Source: Bacteroidaceae bacterium (GTDB lineage: Bacteria; Bacteroidota; Bacteroidia; Bacteroidales; Bacteroidaceae). Taken from it: a stretch of 56,297 nucleotides of DNA. The translations under genes were made by a program, and so were the position numbers. This document shows, piece by piece, positions 1 through 11,600 of the stretch. Position 1 is the stretch's first letter, and each line of letters begins with the position of its first letter. The notes under the pieces are model-generated. The model had not been told where the DNA came from. It worked only from the letters and a program-made list of their open reading frames with translations, and did not search any database. The stretch is from NCBI GenBank assembly GCA_045647345.1, contig JAZRMG010000181.1, forward strand, positions 1-56,297, given 5' to 3'.

Positions 1-1380
<1,380 letters not shown>

Positions 1381-1412
1381 TTAGTATGTTAGATTTGTAT
1401 GTCTTTACTGAA

Positions 1413-1420
1413 CAAAGGTA
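1413..1420 (-). promoter_or_regulatory. Bacteroidota -7 promoter element (TAccTTTG on minus strand) for the GH2 gene
   Basis: Plus-strand caaaggta equals TACCTTTG on the coding strand, about 41 nt upstream of ATG 1371. It matches the TAnnTTTG consensus of Bacteroides sigma-A promoters. Confidence 0.5.
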
Positions 1421-1681
1421 ATTAAAAAAAAAGAATCGTGCAATTTTTTTGGAAAAATGAAAATGTAGTCTCGCACTTCTAATAGGAAGCGTAAATGTTT
1501 TTCTTGTTTTTAATCTGCCACTCTCGGCCGTATGTGATTAACCGATTGGCAATGATTTAGTTAATGGCGGATGCTGCGGACGATTTTCAATGTCCGCCGC
1601 CATACACGTTGCCTGTCTGATGTCTATGGGATTTCCTTATTGGTTGCACCTTAAAATGGCCTGGCAAAACTGTGCGAATCT

Positions 1682-1769
1682 ATTTGCTGCTGCGCAACAT
1701 CATGGTTGCTGTTGCGCAACGGTAAGGTTACTGCTGCGCAAGGGTAGGGTTGCTGTTGCGCAGCGGTAA
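1682..1769. repeat. Four head-to-tail 22-bp repeats (consensus GGTTGCTGYTGCGCAAnGGTAr)
   Basis: The units are atttgctgctgcgcaacatcat / ggttgctgttgcgcaacggtaa / ggttactgctgcgcaagggtag / ggttgctgttgcgcagcggtaa. They lie in the 770-bp divergent intergenic region between the GH2 gene and the 2141 gene. Confidence 0.85.
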
Positions 1770-2053
1770 ATAACTTGGATGGACTTTCGTGGAGTCTACA
1801 TGAAGGATACAGAAGAAAATTTCCTCTATGCATATTATGGTATCTTACAGAGGGGGTGTATATCTATGCATGGCACACCTTGACGGGATGTGGACAATTG
1901 TCCTCAATATCAGCCGTCAATCTGCATGTATACAATTGCTTAAGGTGTGTTGGCGGATATTGGCATGTGAAATCGTAAACACTATATCTATCAATTAAAA
2001 AAGTCAGATGTGCCTTAATTTAGGCTAAATTTTGTAATTTAAAGTAATGTTTA

Positions 2054-2061
2054 TATCTTTG
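2054..2061 (+). promoter_or_regulatory. -7 promoter element TAtcTTTG upstream of the 2141 gene
   Basis: tatctttg followed by ca, about 79 nt upstream of the ATG. This is the canonical Bacteroides TAnnTTTG box. Confidence 0.5.
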
Positions 2062-2140
2062 CATGCTAATGTGTGCATGTATACCTGTTGTGTCACAACT
2101 AGTAGAAAGATTCGAAATAATGAAATTATACCGATAAATA

Positions 2141-4018
2141 ATGAAGTCGACAAACCAACTTAATCCTCAGGGTAGAGCAGTGCAGAAGGTAATCTCTGCT
2201 GAAAAACTGAAACGGCTACCTCTGATTGCGGGGCTTGCCTTTGCTGCTGTAGTGTGGACGTTGCTCAATGTGTTTGAATATGAATACCTCTTCCGTGTTC
2301 AAGAATTGTCTTTGTGGTTGCCAACAAAGGTCTACTTCGATGAACGTATGATGGTTCCTGGCGGACTGATGAGCTATATAGCCTGTTTCCTTACTCAGTT
2401 CTTCTATTATCCTTTGTTGGGTTCGTTCATTTATGTGGCGTTGCTACTCGTAGTGCAATGGCTCACGATGAAAGTGTTCAGTATTCCTAAGCGCCATGCT
2501 TTGTTGGCTCTTATTCCCAGTGTGCTGATTCTGTGCTGCTCTATGGTGGCTGGTTATTGGATATTCCAGATAAAGACTCAAGGCTATTTCTACTCCATGT
2601 TGGTAGGTTTTCTGTTTGTTCTTTCAGCTATGCGTCTCTATCAGGTTGCCAGGGGAGGATGGCGATATCTTTTAGTCGTTGCGGTTGCTGTTGCCGGCTA
2701 TCCGTTCTTTGGTTTTTATGCTTCTTTGGCGTTATTGGGCATTGCTCTATATAGCTTGCGTGTGGGCTCTGAGGGACGGGGAATTATAGCTCTGATTTGC
2801 GTTTCGGCTGTCGTGGCTATTCCTATATTATATTATAATGTATATGAACAGACTCGTTTTGTGCGTATGTTCACTGCTGGAATGCCCGCATTTCAGTTCT
2901 CGTCGCGTGATCTTTTTACATGGATTCCTTATGTCTTGCTCTATCTCTTTCCGCTGGTGATGCTGTTTGTGCCTTTGAAGAAAGAGGAAGATGCCGTGCG
3001 TGCAACTTTCTTTATGTTGGAGGGGATAGGGGGGATTATCTTAATTGTTGCCCTTGGACTTGTTTTCTGGTTTCGTGACCCCAACTTCCGCGCTGAAATC
3101 AAGATGAATCATCATATGGAACGTCTCGAATGGCGTAAGGTGCTTGACATAGCCAAGGAGTGTGAAGGAACCCCGACTCGCTTGATGGTGCTCAACAAGA
3201 ATCTCGCACTGCTCAAGCTGGGTCGAGCAGGTGATGAGATGTTCCATTACCTTGATGGCGGTGAAGCACCGGCTTCGCCTTTTCCGATACGTTTGATGCA
3301 GGTGGGCGGCAAGATGCTCTATTACCACTATGCCCGTATGAATTTCTGTTACCGTTGGTGCCTCGAAGATGCCGTTGAGTATGGTTGGAAGGTCGACTAT
3401 TTGAAATACATGGTGCGTACTTCTATCGTGTCGGGTGAATATGAGCTTGCTCGGAAATATATCAACACCTTGAAGAAGACGCTCTTCTATAAGGATTGGG
3501 CCGCGAAGTACGAAAAAATGCTTGATAATCCTGCACTTATAGCTAAAGATCGTGAGTTTGCCAGTATCCTTCCCTTGTATCAGTTCGAGGACCAATTGGA
3601 TGGAGATAATACGTTGGTAGAGATTTATCTACTCAACTACTTTGCCCATACATACAATGAGCTTAACACGCCTATGTTTGATGAGGCGGCGCTTATGTGT
3701 GCTCTTACGTTGAAGGATATTCCCACCTTCTGGAATTGCTTCTTCCGCTATGCCAATAGTCACAAGACCAGTCGCATGCCTACTCACTATCAAGAAGCTG
3801 CGTTGCTCTATGGTAACTTGGAGAAGACGGTAGATATCAGTAATATGCCTTTTGATAAGACTGTGAAGATGCGTTTCCAGGACTTTATGCGCTTCGCTCA
3901 GAAGCATGCAGTGGAGAATGTGGAGCGTGACCCTGAGGTAAAGAAACTTTTCTATGACCGCTATGGTGATACCTTTTGGTATTTTTATTTCTTTATTAGA
4001 GATGTGAAATCATATTGA
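2141..4018 (+). CDS. Polytopic inner-membrane protein with a C-terminal soluble helical domain (resembles the DUF6057 family; function unknown)
   Basis: 625-aa ORF. The N-terminal ~300 aa consist of many hydrophobic helices (LIAGLAFAAVVWTLL, FIYVALLLVVQWL, LALIPSVLILCCSMVAGYWIF and others). The C-terminal ~320 aa are soluble, helical and Y/W/K-rich. The family name is from memory only. Confidence 0.75.
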   Translation: MKSTNQLNPQGRAVQKVISAEKLKRLPLIAGLAFAAVVWTLLNVFEYEYLFRVQELSLWLPTKVYFDERMMVPGGLMSYIACFLTQFFYYPLLGSFIYVALLLVVQWLTMKVFSIPKRHALLALIPSVLILCCSMVAGYWIFQIKTQGYFYSMLVGFLFVLSAMRLYQVARGGWRYLLVVAVAVAGYPFFGFYASLALLGIALYSLRVGSEGRGIIALICVSAVVAIPILYYNVYEQTRFVRMFTAGMPAFQFSSRDLFTWIPYVLLYLFPLVMLFVPLKKEEDAVRATFFMLEGIGGIILIVALGLVFWFRDPNFRAEIKMNHHMERLEWRKVLDIAKECEGTPTRLMVLNKNLALLKLGRAGDEMFHYLDGGEAPASPFPIRLMQVGGKMLYYHYARMNFCYRWCLEDAVEYGWKVDYLKYMVRTSIVSGEYELARKYINTLKKTLFYKDWAAKYEKMLDNPALIAKDREFASILPLYQFEDQLDGDNTLVEIYLLNYFAHTYNELNTPMFDEAALMCALTLKDIPTFWNCFFRYANSHKTSRMPTHYQEAALLYGNLEKTVDISNMPFDKTVKMRFQDFMRFAQKHAVENVERDPEVKKLFYDRYGDTFWYFYFFIRDVKSY

Positions 4019-4079
4019 TAACCCTATATTCCTGTATCTCTGTAGATACCTATAGCTTCTATAAAAAAACTCAAAATTC

Positions 4080-5588
4080 ATGAAATACTCTCCCTTCCAC
4101 ATCCTCCTTCTTGGAGCCGCCCTGCTTGCAGGATGTACTGCTTCCGTGCCCGAACAGTACTCTGAGGCTGGAATTGCCCCCACAGTGTATCCAGACTATT
4201 CTGATGGTATAACTATTCCTTATAATATTGCTCCCCTCAACTTTGCCTATACGATGGAAGGGGAGAAATATGTTACAGAACTCAAGGCGGGGGAGCAATC
4301 TTTAGTAGTGAAAGGTAAACAAACCGATTGGGATATCAAGAAATGGCATACTTTCCTCGATAACAACAAGGGTAGATACATAGAGGTTAATGCTTATGTG
4401 CAGACCGACAATGGCTGGCAGAAATATCGTCCCATCACTTGGCGTGTAGCCGAAGAACCTGTCGACCCTTATATCTCATATCGTATCATTGCCCCTTCGT
4501 ATGTTACTTATGAAGAACTTAGCATACGTCAACGTGAATTGGGAACCTTTGATGAGGATATCATTTATAATAATATGCTGCTTAGTACCGATGAGGACGG
4601 ACAGTGTATCAACTGCCACTCATACAAGAACTATAAGACGGATCATATGCAGTTTCATGCCCGTCAGCATAAAGGAGGTACGCTTATTGTCAATGGTGAG
4701 GAGGTGCGCAAGGTGAGCCTCAAGACCGATTCCACCATATCGGCAGGCGTATATCCCGCATGGCATCCCACACACAATCTCATCGCCTACTCGGTGAACG
4801 ATACAGGTCAGTCGTTTCATACCAAGAAGAATAATAAGATTGAGGTGCAGGACCTCAAGAGCGACCTTATCCTCTATGATGTTGACCGCAACGAGGTGAG
4901 CCATATCGAGAACGACACGTTGGAATGGGAGGTGTTCCCCGCTTGGGCTCCCGATGGTAAGACCCTCTACTACTGTTCGGCGCATCTGGAGATACAGGAT
5001 CATGCGCAACGTGAACGTGATATTATCGACCGCTACCGCGACTTCAAGTACAATATCTACCGCAAGGCGTTTGATCCGGAAACCAAGACCTTCGGTCCCT
5101 CTGAACTGGTGCTCGATGCTCGTGCTATGGGCAAGAGCGCTACCTTCCCTCGCATTTCACCCGATGGCCGTTACCTGCTTTTCGGTATGGGAGAGTATGG
5201 TTGTTTTCATATCTGGCATAAAGATGCTGATTTATATATTATTGATTTGGAAACCATGAAGTTGCGCAATGTTCGTGAGGTCAATAGCGATGATGTGGAA
5301 AGCTATCATGCATGGTCAAGTAATGGACGATGGATGCTCTTTACTTCTCGCCGTGATGATGGTGGATATACTCGTCTCTATCTCGCCTATTTCGACAAAC
5401 GTGGTAGAGCACACAAACCCTTCTTGTTACCGCAACGCGACCCTTATTTCTATGGCGATTATTACAAGAGTTATAATGTGCCTGAGTTTATGGTCGAGCC
5501 GGTAGCGATTACTCCACAAGAATTTGCTGACTATCTTAATCAAGATGCCCAGTCGGCAATATTTCAAAGTCAATTCAAAGTGAAATGA
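4080..5588 (+). CDS. Lipoprotein with a single CXXCH motif and PD40/TolB-like beta-propeller repeats
   Basis: 502-aa ORF with a lipobox (LLAGC). It carries the motif GQCINCHSY and PD40-like repeats (AWAPDGKTLYYCS, FPRISPDGRYLLF, HAWSSNGRWMLFTSRRDDGGYTRLYLAYFD). It starts 62 nt after the preceding gene on the same strand. Confidence 0.75.
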   Translation: MKYSPFHILLLGAALLAGCTASVPEQYSEAGIAPTVYPDYSDGITIPYNIAPLNFAYTMEGEKYVTELKAGEQSLVVKGKQTDWDIKKWHTFLDNNKGRYIEVNAYVQTDNGWQKYRPITWRVAEEPVDPYISYRIIAPSYVTYEELSIRQRELGTFDEDIIYNNMLLSTDEDGQCINCHSYKNYKTDHMQFHARQHKGGTLIVNGEEVRKVSLKTDSTISAGVYPAWHPTHNLIAYSVNDTGQSFHTKKNNKIEVQDLKSDLILYDVDRNEVSHIENDTLEWEVFPAWAPDGKTLYYCSAHLEIQDHAQRERDIIDRYRDFKYNIYRKAFDPETKTFGPSELVLDARAMGKSATFPRISPDGRYLLFGMGEYGCFHIWHKDADLYIIDLETMKLRNVREVNSDDVESYHAWSSNGRWMLFTSRRDDGGYTRLYLAYFDKRGRAHKPFLLPQRDPYFYGDYYKSYNVPEFMVEPVAITPQEFADYLNQDAQSAIFQSQFKVK

Positions 5589-5673
5589 AAATGTGAATGA
5601 ATCAGAAAAGGTTAAAATCTTTCTTAAATATAAAAGACATTCCAATAAATTTGCTCGTATGAAGAAAGATATT

Positions 5674-5681
5674 TACCTTTG
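5674..5681 (+). promoter_or_regulatory. -7 promoter element TAccTTTG upstream of the FAS1/SusCD locus
   Basis: tacctttg followed by c, 42 nt upstream of ATG 5724. Confidence 0.5.
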
Positions 5682-5723
5682 CTCCATTAATTAAGTTGAA
5701 ATAATACTAACTAATATCAAAAT

Positions 5724-8684
5724 ATGAACAAAAGACACACATCGAAGGTCGGTAAGTACATGGGTATGGCTTGCCTCCTATTTGTTTGTGCAACCATGCA
5801 GTCGTGTCGGGATGAGTATCTTTACGACAACCCGGAATACACGCCAGAATGGTTGGGTGAGAGTATTTATGAGGAGTTGCAAGATGGTTTGCGCGACAAT
5901 GAATCTCCTGATGGTTGGAGTTTCAAGTATTTCCTCCAAGTCATTGACGATTGCGATTACACAGATGTCTTGATGAAGACTGGTAGTAAGACCCTTTTTG
6001 TGGCCGATGACTCAGCATTCGTCAGAGGTGTCAAGAAGGCATGGCCCAACATCACGGGTACTACTGGCGATGAGGTTTACGCTCAACTCGGCTTGGGTCA
6101 GAAGCGTACAATCCTCTTTAGTGCCATGCTTGACAATGCTTACTTGTTGGAGATGATGTCAAGCACTCCTGCCGTTGGTACGGGTGATCCCAATGTGGGT
6201 CAGGCTTTGCGTCATGAGACTGCAGCCAGCGTTTTGGATACCATTTATACCTATTCTGGCGACGAACTCCCTTGGGATACAGCGCATTGGACCAATGAAT
6301 TCCGTGAGAAGGGTATCCGTATGGCTTTGGATAACACCAAACCAATGATGGTACACTTCCTTGAAGAACAGCTCGATAGAGTAGGTATCACCGACGAGGA
6401 CCTTTCTTATCTGGTGTCTCGCAAGGGGGCTACCAAGCAGGATGCATACATTTTCGATAAGAAGGTGATCAAGCGCGACATTACTTGTAAGAACGGTTAC
6501 ATTAATCTCTTGGATGAACTGCTCGTTCCTCCCAGCAATATGGCTGAGGAGATTCGCAAGAATCCCAACTTGAGCATCTATAGCCGTATCTTGGATCGTT
6601 TCGCTGTGCCTGTATACAATGAGACATTGTCTGAGGAATACTATCAGAAACTCTTGAGTATGGATCCTAACGCTGAGTATGAAGATATCTACGAAAAGCG
6701 CTACTTTACTTCGGCTTCAAACCGTGCCAACTTCGGACAGGGATTCCTCGTTTATAAGGATATTGATGGAAACAACCATGAGACTGTGGCTGACGATGCG
6801 CTTGCTTTCTCTCCGGGTTGGAATCAGTATCGTTCAGAACAATTTGCTAAGGATGTAGATATGGCTGCCATGTTCGCCCCCACTGATGAGGCGTTGATGG
6901 CTTACTTCTCTCCAGGCGGAAAGGGCGCTTCACTTATCGATCGTTATGGTAATGGCGCGCCTCTGCCTCAGGCTATCGACTCTATTGAGTTGAAGATTAT
7001 TGCCAAGCTCGTACGCAATATGATGGAGCCTTCGTTCAACCAGTCGGTTCCTTCTAAGTTCTCTTCACTTAAGAACGATGCTAACGATGACAAGGGAGTA
7101 AGAGCTGCACACCTCAATGCTATTCAGCCCTGTATCGTGGCCAACAATGGTGTCATCTATGTCACAGAAGAGGTATATAGCCCTGCTGAGTATGTTTCAG
7201 TTTCAGCTCCTTCAATGTTGAATGAGAATATGTATAGCTTCTACAAGCTCATTACCAAGTTGGATGGCGATAAGGGTAGCGATACCGACTACAACAGCTA
7301 CTTGCTGGCTATGCAGACCGACTTCAGCTTGATTAACCCCATCAATGAAGCATTGACCTATTTTGATCCTGCAACAGCTATTACCTCTACTCCTATAGGT
7401 AGCAGCGCACAGACTCCTAAGTATTATACGTTGACTTACGATGTGAAGAATGAGGCATGGACAATCCGTCAAGGTGACTATACTTATGGTACAGATAGTT
7501 TAGGTGCACCGGCTATAAAGTTGGGTAAGTCTACTATAATTAATGATGATCAAAACATGACTTTCATGAAGTATCTGAAAGTTCAGATACTTGACCATTC
7601 TATTGTTGTGGGTGACATTACTAATGGCAATAAGTATCATCAGACCAAGGGACTTTCTACCATCAAGGTAAATAGCGAAGTAAATGGCGCTGATACTACA
7701 ATTTATCTTTGGGGTGGTCGTGAACTGGAGGACCAGTTGGCCGGTTACCGCGATAATGGTATTCTTGTAGCTCGTAAGTTCAATCAGGAGAATGGTAACA
7801 CCTATCGTGTTGATGAGGGTATGGTACATCCTGCTACACGCTCGGTATACAATATCTTAAAGACAACTAAGGAGTTTGCTCCTTTCTACAATCTCTGTGA
7901 GACTGCCGAGACCGATAGTATCATCCTTGCCGTGCGTGAAGTTGCAGAAGATGGCGCTACACCAACCAAGAATGCCGATGCTGCTGTGCGCGCATACCGC
8001 ATATTCGAGTGGGACAAGAGTTTCCCCGGTTTGGACTTTAACGTAACTTCGTTCAACTCATTCCACTACACGGTATATGTACCTGATAGCTTGAAGTTGC
8101 AGGAGGCTGTCGATGCTGGTATTCCTTTGTGGAACGAACTGACTCCTTTGTCTGAAGCTATTTGGGCAAATATCAGCAAAATTGAGGAACATAATAAGGT
8201 GATTGATAATAAGGAGACAGCAAAGAATGTGGTTGACAGCCTTACACAGGTGCGTAGCTTGCTGATTGCTGAGAATGCTGAACTCCGTGCTGAACTCAAA
8301 GAGTATGTAGAGTTGATTGTTGACTTTGTGAAGTACCACATGCAGGACTACTCCATCTATCTTGACAACACTCCTGTGATGGAGGATGGCGAGTATGTGA
8401 CAGCTTCAAAGGATAACAATACCAACCTGTTCAATAATGTATCAATTATGTCGGGTTCAAACGCATTGACCATAACCGATGCTTTGGGCACTAAACATAA
8501 CGTGGTGACTACAGGTGAGGAAAATGTCCTTTGGAACGTGATGGCACGCGACATCAAGAAGAGCAATTCAAGATTGTCTACCTCATCTTTCGCTGTAATC
8601 CATCAGATTGATGGCTGCTTGAACAATGGCCGCTGGGCTGCTACTATGGAGAAGTTTAATGAGTATCGTAATAAGAATAAATAA
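5724..8684 (+). CDS. Large fasciclin (FAS1) domain-containing surface lipoprotein
   Basis: 986-aa ORF with a lipobox (CATMQSC). It has FAS1-type motifs (GSKTLFVADDSAF, MFAPTDEALMAYF). The true start may be an internal Met (MGMACLL). Confidence 0.75.
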   Translation: MNKRHTSKVGKYMGMACLLFVCATMQSCRDEYLYDNPEYTPEWLGESIYEELQDGLRDNESPDGWSFKYFLQVIDDCDYTDVLMKTGSKTLFVADDSAFVRGVKKAWPNITGTTGDEVYAQLGLGQKRTILFSAMLDNAYLLEMMSSTPAVGTGDPNVGQALRHETAASVLDTIYTYSGDELPWDTAHWTNEFREKGIRMALDNTKPMMVHFLEEQLDRVGITDEDLSYLVSRKGATKQDAYIFDKKVIKRDITCKNGYINLLDELLVPPSNMAEEIRKNPNLSIYSRILDRFAVPVYNETLSEEYYQKLLSMDPNAEYEDIYEKRYFTSASNRANFGQGFLVYKDIDGNNHETVADDALAFSPGWNQYRSEQFAKDVDMAAMFAPTDEALMAYFSPGGKGASLIDRYGNGAPLPQAIDSIELKIIAKLVRNMMEPSFNQSVPSKFSSLKNDANDDKGVRAAHLNAIQPCIVANNGVIYVTEEVYSPAEYVSVSAPSMLNENMYSFYKLITKLDGDKGSDTDYNSYLLAMQTDFSLINPINEALTYFDPATAITSTPIGSSAQTPKYYTLTYDVKNEAWTIRQGDYTYGTDSLGAPAIKLGKSTIINDDQNMTFMKYLKVQILDHSIVVGDITNGNKYHQTKGLSTIKVNSEVNGADTTIYLWGGRELEDQLAGYRDNGILVARKFNQENGNTYRVDEGMVHPATRSVYNILKTTKEFAPFYNLCETAETDSIILAVREVAEDGATPTKNADAAVRAYRIFEWDKSFPGLDFNVTSFNSFHYTVYVPDSLKLQEAVDAGIPLWNELTPLSEAIWANISKIEEHNKVIDNKETAKNVVDSLTQVRSLLIAENAELRAELKEYVELIVDFVKYHMQDYSIYLDNTPVMEDGEYVTASKDNNTNLFNNVSIMSGSNALTITDALGTKHNVVTTGEENVLWNVMARDIKKSNSRLSTSSFAVIHQIDGCLNNGRWAATMEKFNEYRNKNK

Positions 8685-8693
8685 TAAACAGCC

Positions 8694-11600
8694 ATGAAAG
8701 CGTTTAAATATCTAGTATTGTCTATATTCAGCCTCGTGGCTGTACAGGTGAGTGCCCAGACGCGTATCTCGGGTCAGATTAGCGATGTCATGGGACCGCT
8801 CATGATGGTGAACGTGGTGGAAATCGATAAGGACAACCGTATCGTAGAGCACACCACCACCGACTTTGACGGTAACTTCGTAATGTTGGTAAAGAATACC
8901 AAGAACAAACTTAAAATCTCTTATGTGGGTTTCAAGGATGAGGTTCTTGAGATTGGCGACCGCACCGTCTTCAATATTACGATGAAGGACGACAACCAGA
9001 TTGAGGAAGTCGTGATTGAGGCTCGTCCTCGTACTAATACGGGTGGTCTTAACATCTTGGAACGTGAGGTGTCTGTAGCTAAGCAGACCTTCAAGATGAG
9101 CGATGTAGAGGGTCTCTCCTTCACCTCTGTCGATGAGGCTTTGCAGGGTCAGATTGCCGGTCTCGATATCGTGTTCGGTTCGGGTGACCTTGGCGCTGGT
9201 TCTACCATGCGTTTGCGTGGTGTCTCTTCTATCAATAGTAATGCCGAACCCCTTATTGTGGTAAATGACATTATCTTTGAGATGCCTCAAGGTGAAGAAT
9301 TCGATTTCAGTAGCGCCAACGAAGAAAAGTTCGCAGCTCTGCTCACCATCAATCCTGAGGATATCGAGAGTATCGATGTGTTGAAGGATGCTTCAGCTTC
9401 GGCCATCTACGGTTCGCGCGGTTCGAATGGTGTAATCATCATCAAGACCAAGCGTGGTTCGCGCGGTAAGACCAATGTGAACTACTCATACAAATTGCAG
9501 GACTCTTGGTTGCCTAAAGGACTCAACCTTCTCGATGGTGACGATTATTCTATGTTCTTGAAGGAGGCCTACTTCAATCCCCGTCAGGACAATGCCATCT
9601 CTAATGTGGATGAGTTGAACTACAACCAGAACTTCTCGGAGTATGCCAACTATAACAACAACACTGATTGGGTATCGGCTATTTCGAAGCATGGTTTGAA
9701 GCACCAGCATGACCTTTCACTTTCGGGTGGTGGTGAGCGTGCTACCTTCCGTATCTCTGGTAGCTACCAGCACGAGACAGGTTCGGTTATCAAGCAGCGT
9801 CTCGATCGTTTCACGACCCGTATGGCTTTGGACTACTATGTTTCTGATCGTATCAGAGTATCTTCAGACTTCTCATTGACCTACACTGACAACGACCAAA
9901 ACTATACCGGATTGCTCAATAGTGCACAGCTCATCATGCCTAACATGAGCATCTATGCACAAGAGCGTATGCCTGATGGTACTGAGGTCAATACGGCTGA
10001 TTACTACTTGATGTTGCAGGAGGACCAGAGTGTCGGTGGTGCCAATAAAATCTTTGATGACAATCAGAAGAACATTATCAACCCTGTGGCCATGGGTAAT
10101 TTGGCATGGAAAAATTCCAAGAGTTACAGCATTGCTCCGCAGCTCTCTATCGATTACAACTTGCTCGGTATTAATGCCGATGAGCATCAGTTGAAATATC
10201 ATGGTCTCGTGCGTATGAATGCCGGTACCAACAGTTATGGCGAATTCCTTCCTGGTAGTCTTTCTACCAAGGCATGGAATGCTTCTGACAAGAACGTTAG
10301 CTCTATCAGTGATGACAAGCGTCTCGAGTTCTTTACCCGTCATCAGTTGACCTATACTCCCTATCTCGGTGATTCAGGACACTGGCTTACCATGATGGCA
10401 CGTTTCGAGATGACCAAGGGTAGCTCAAGCAACCAGTCTGCTGCATCGTATGGTATACCTACAGGTATTGAGAGTCCCACTACGGGTTCTCAGCTCAGCT
10501 CAAGCCGTACCTCTACAGGTCAGTGGCGTTCTGTCGGCCTTTTGACCACAGCCACCTATTCTTATAAGGAGGGTCGTTACAGTGCTACAGCCACCTTCCG
10601 TCGCGATGGTAGCACCAAGTTCGGTGCCAAGCGTCGTTGGGGTAACTTCGGTAGTATTTCAGGCCGTTGGAATATTATCGACGAACCTTGGATGGATTGG
10701 GCTAAGGAAAATCTCAAGCTGAGCATGCTTTCTGTTCGTCCGGGTTGGGGTATTACTGGTAACCAGCCTGGTAGTGAATATTTGCACTATACTAAGTATG
10801 CTTCGTATGGAGCCTATTTGGGTGTGCCTGCTGTTTCGCAAGAGGGACTGCGCCTCACCGACTTGAAGTGGGAGAGAAAGACAGAGTATAACATCGGTTC
10901 GGATATCTCTTTCTTCCAGAATGAAATCTTGAAGTTCGGATTCAACTACTATAACAACTTGACCTCTGACCAGCTCATGGGTGGATATGCTATCCCCTCA
11001 TCGAATGGTTTCTCTACACTCGCCTACCGTAACACAGGTAGCGTCCGCAATAAGGGTTGGGAGTTGAATATCAATGGTGACAAGTTCATCAAGATCGGTA
11101 AGTTCTCTATGAACGCCTACTTCAACATTGGTCAGAACTTCAATACCGTAGTAGAGATGGAGGAGAGCGTACTCAATAGTGCTAACGGTGAGTTCAATTA
11201 CGAGAATGGCTCTTATATGGGACGTATCCAGATTGACAACCCCTTGGGCTCTATCTATGGTTTCAAGACCAAAGGACAGGGTAAGGGTAACAAGGTATAT
11301 CGCTACAGCTACAAGAACTACGACAAGGCAGTTATCGATGCGGCTAATGAGGGATTGAATGTTGAGGATCTCTGCCCTGTGGCTGTCGATAAGAATGGCG
11401 ATGTTATCATTGGTGCCAATGGAAAACCGTTGCCTATGATCTATAACTATGGTGGTAAGAACTACTACTTTAAGGGTGGTGACATCATTTATGAAGATAT
11501 CAATGGTGATGGTAACATCAACAATCTTGACCTCGTATACTTGGGTAATTCTAATCCCAAGGCACAAGGTGGTTTCGGTTTGACCTTCAACTATGCACGT

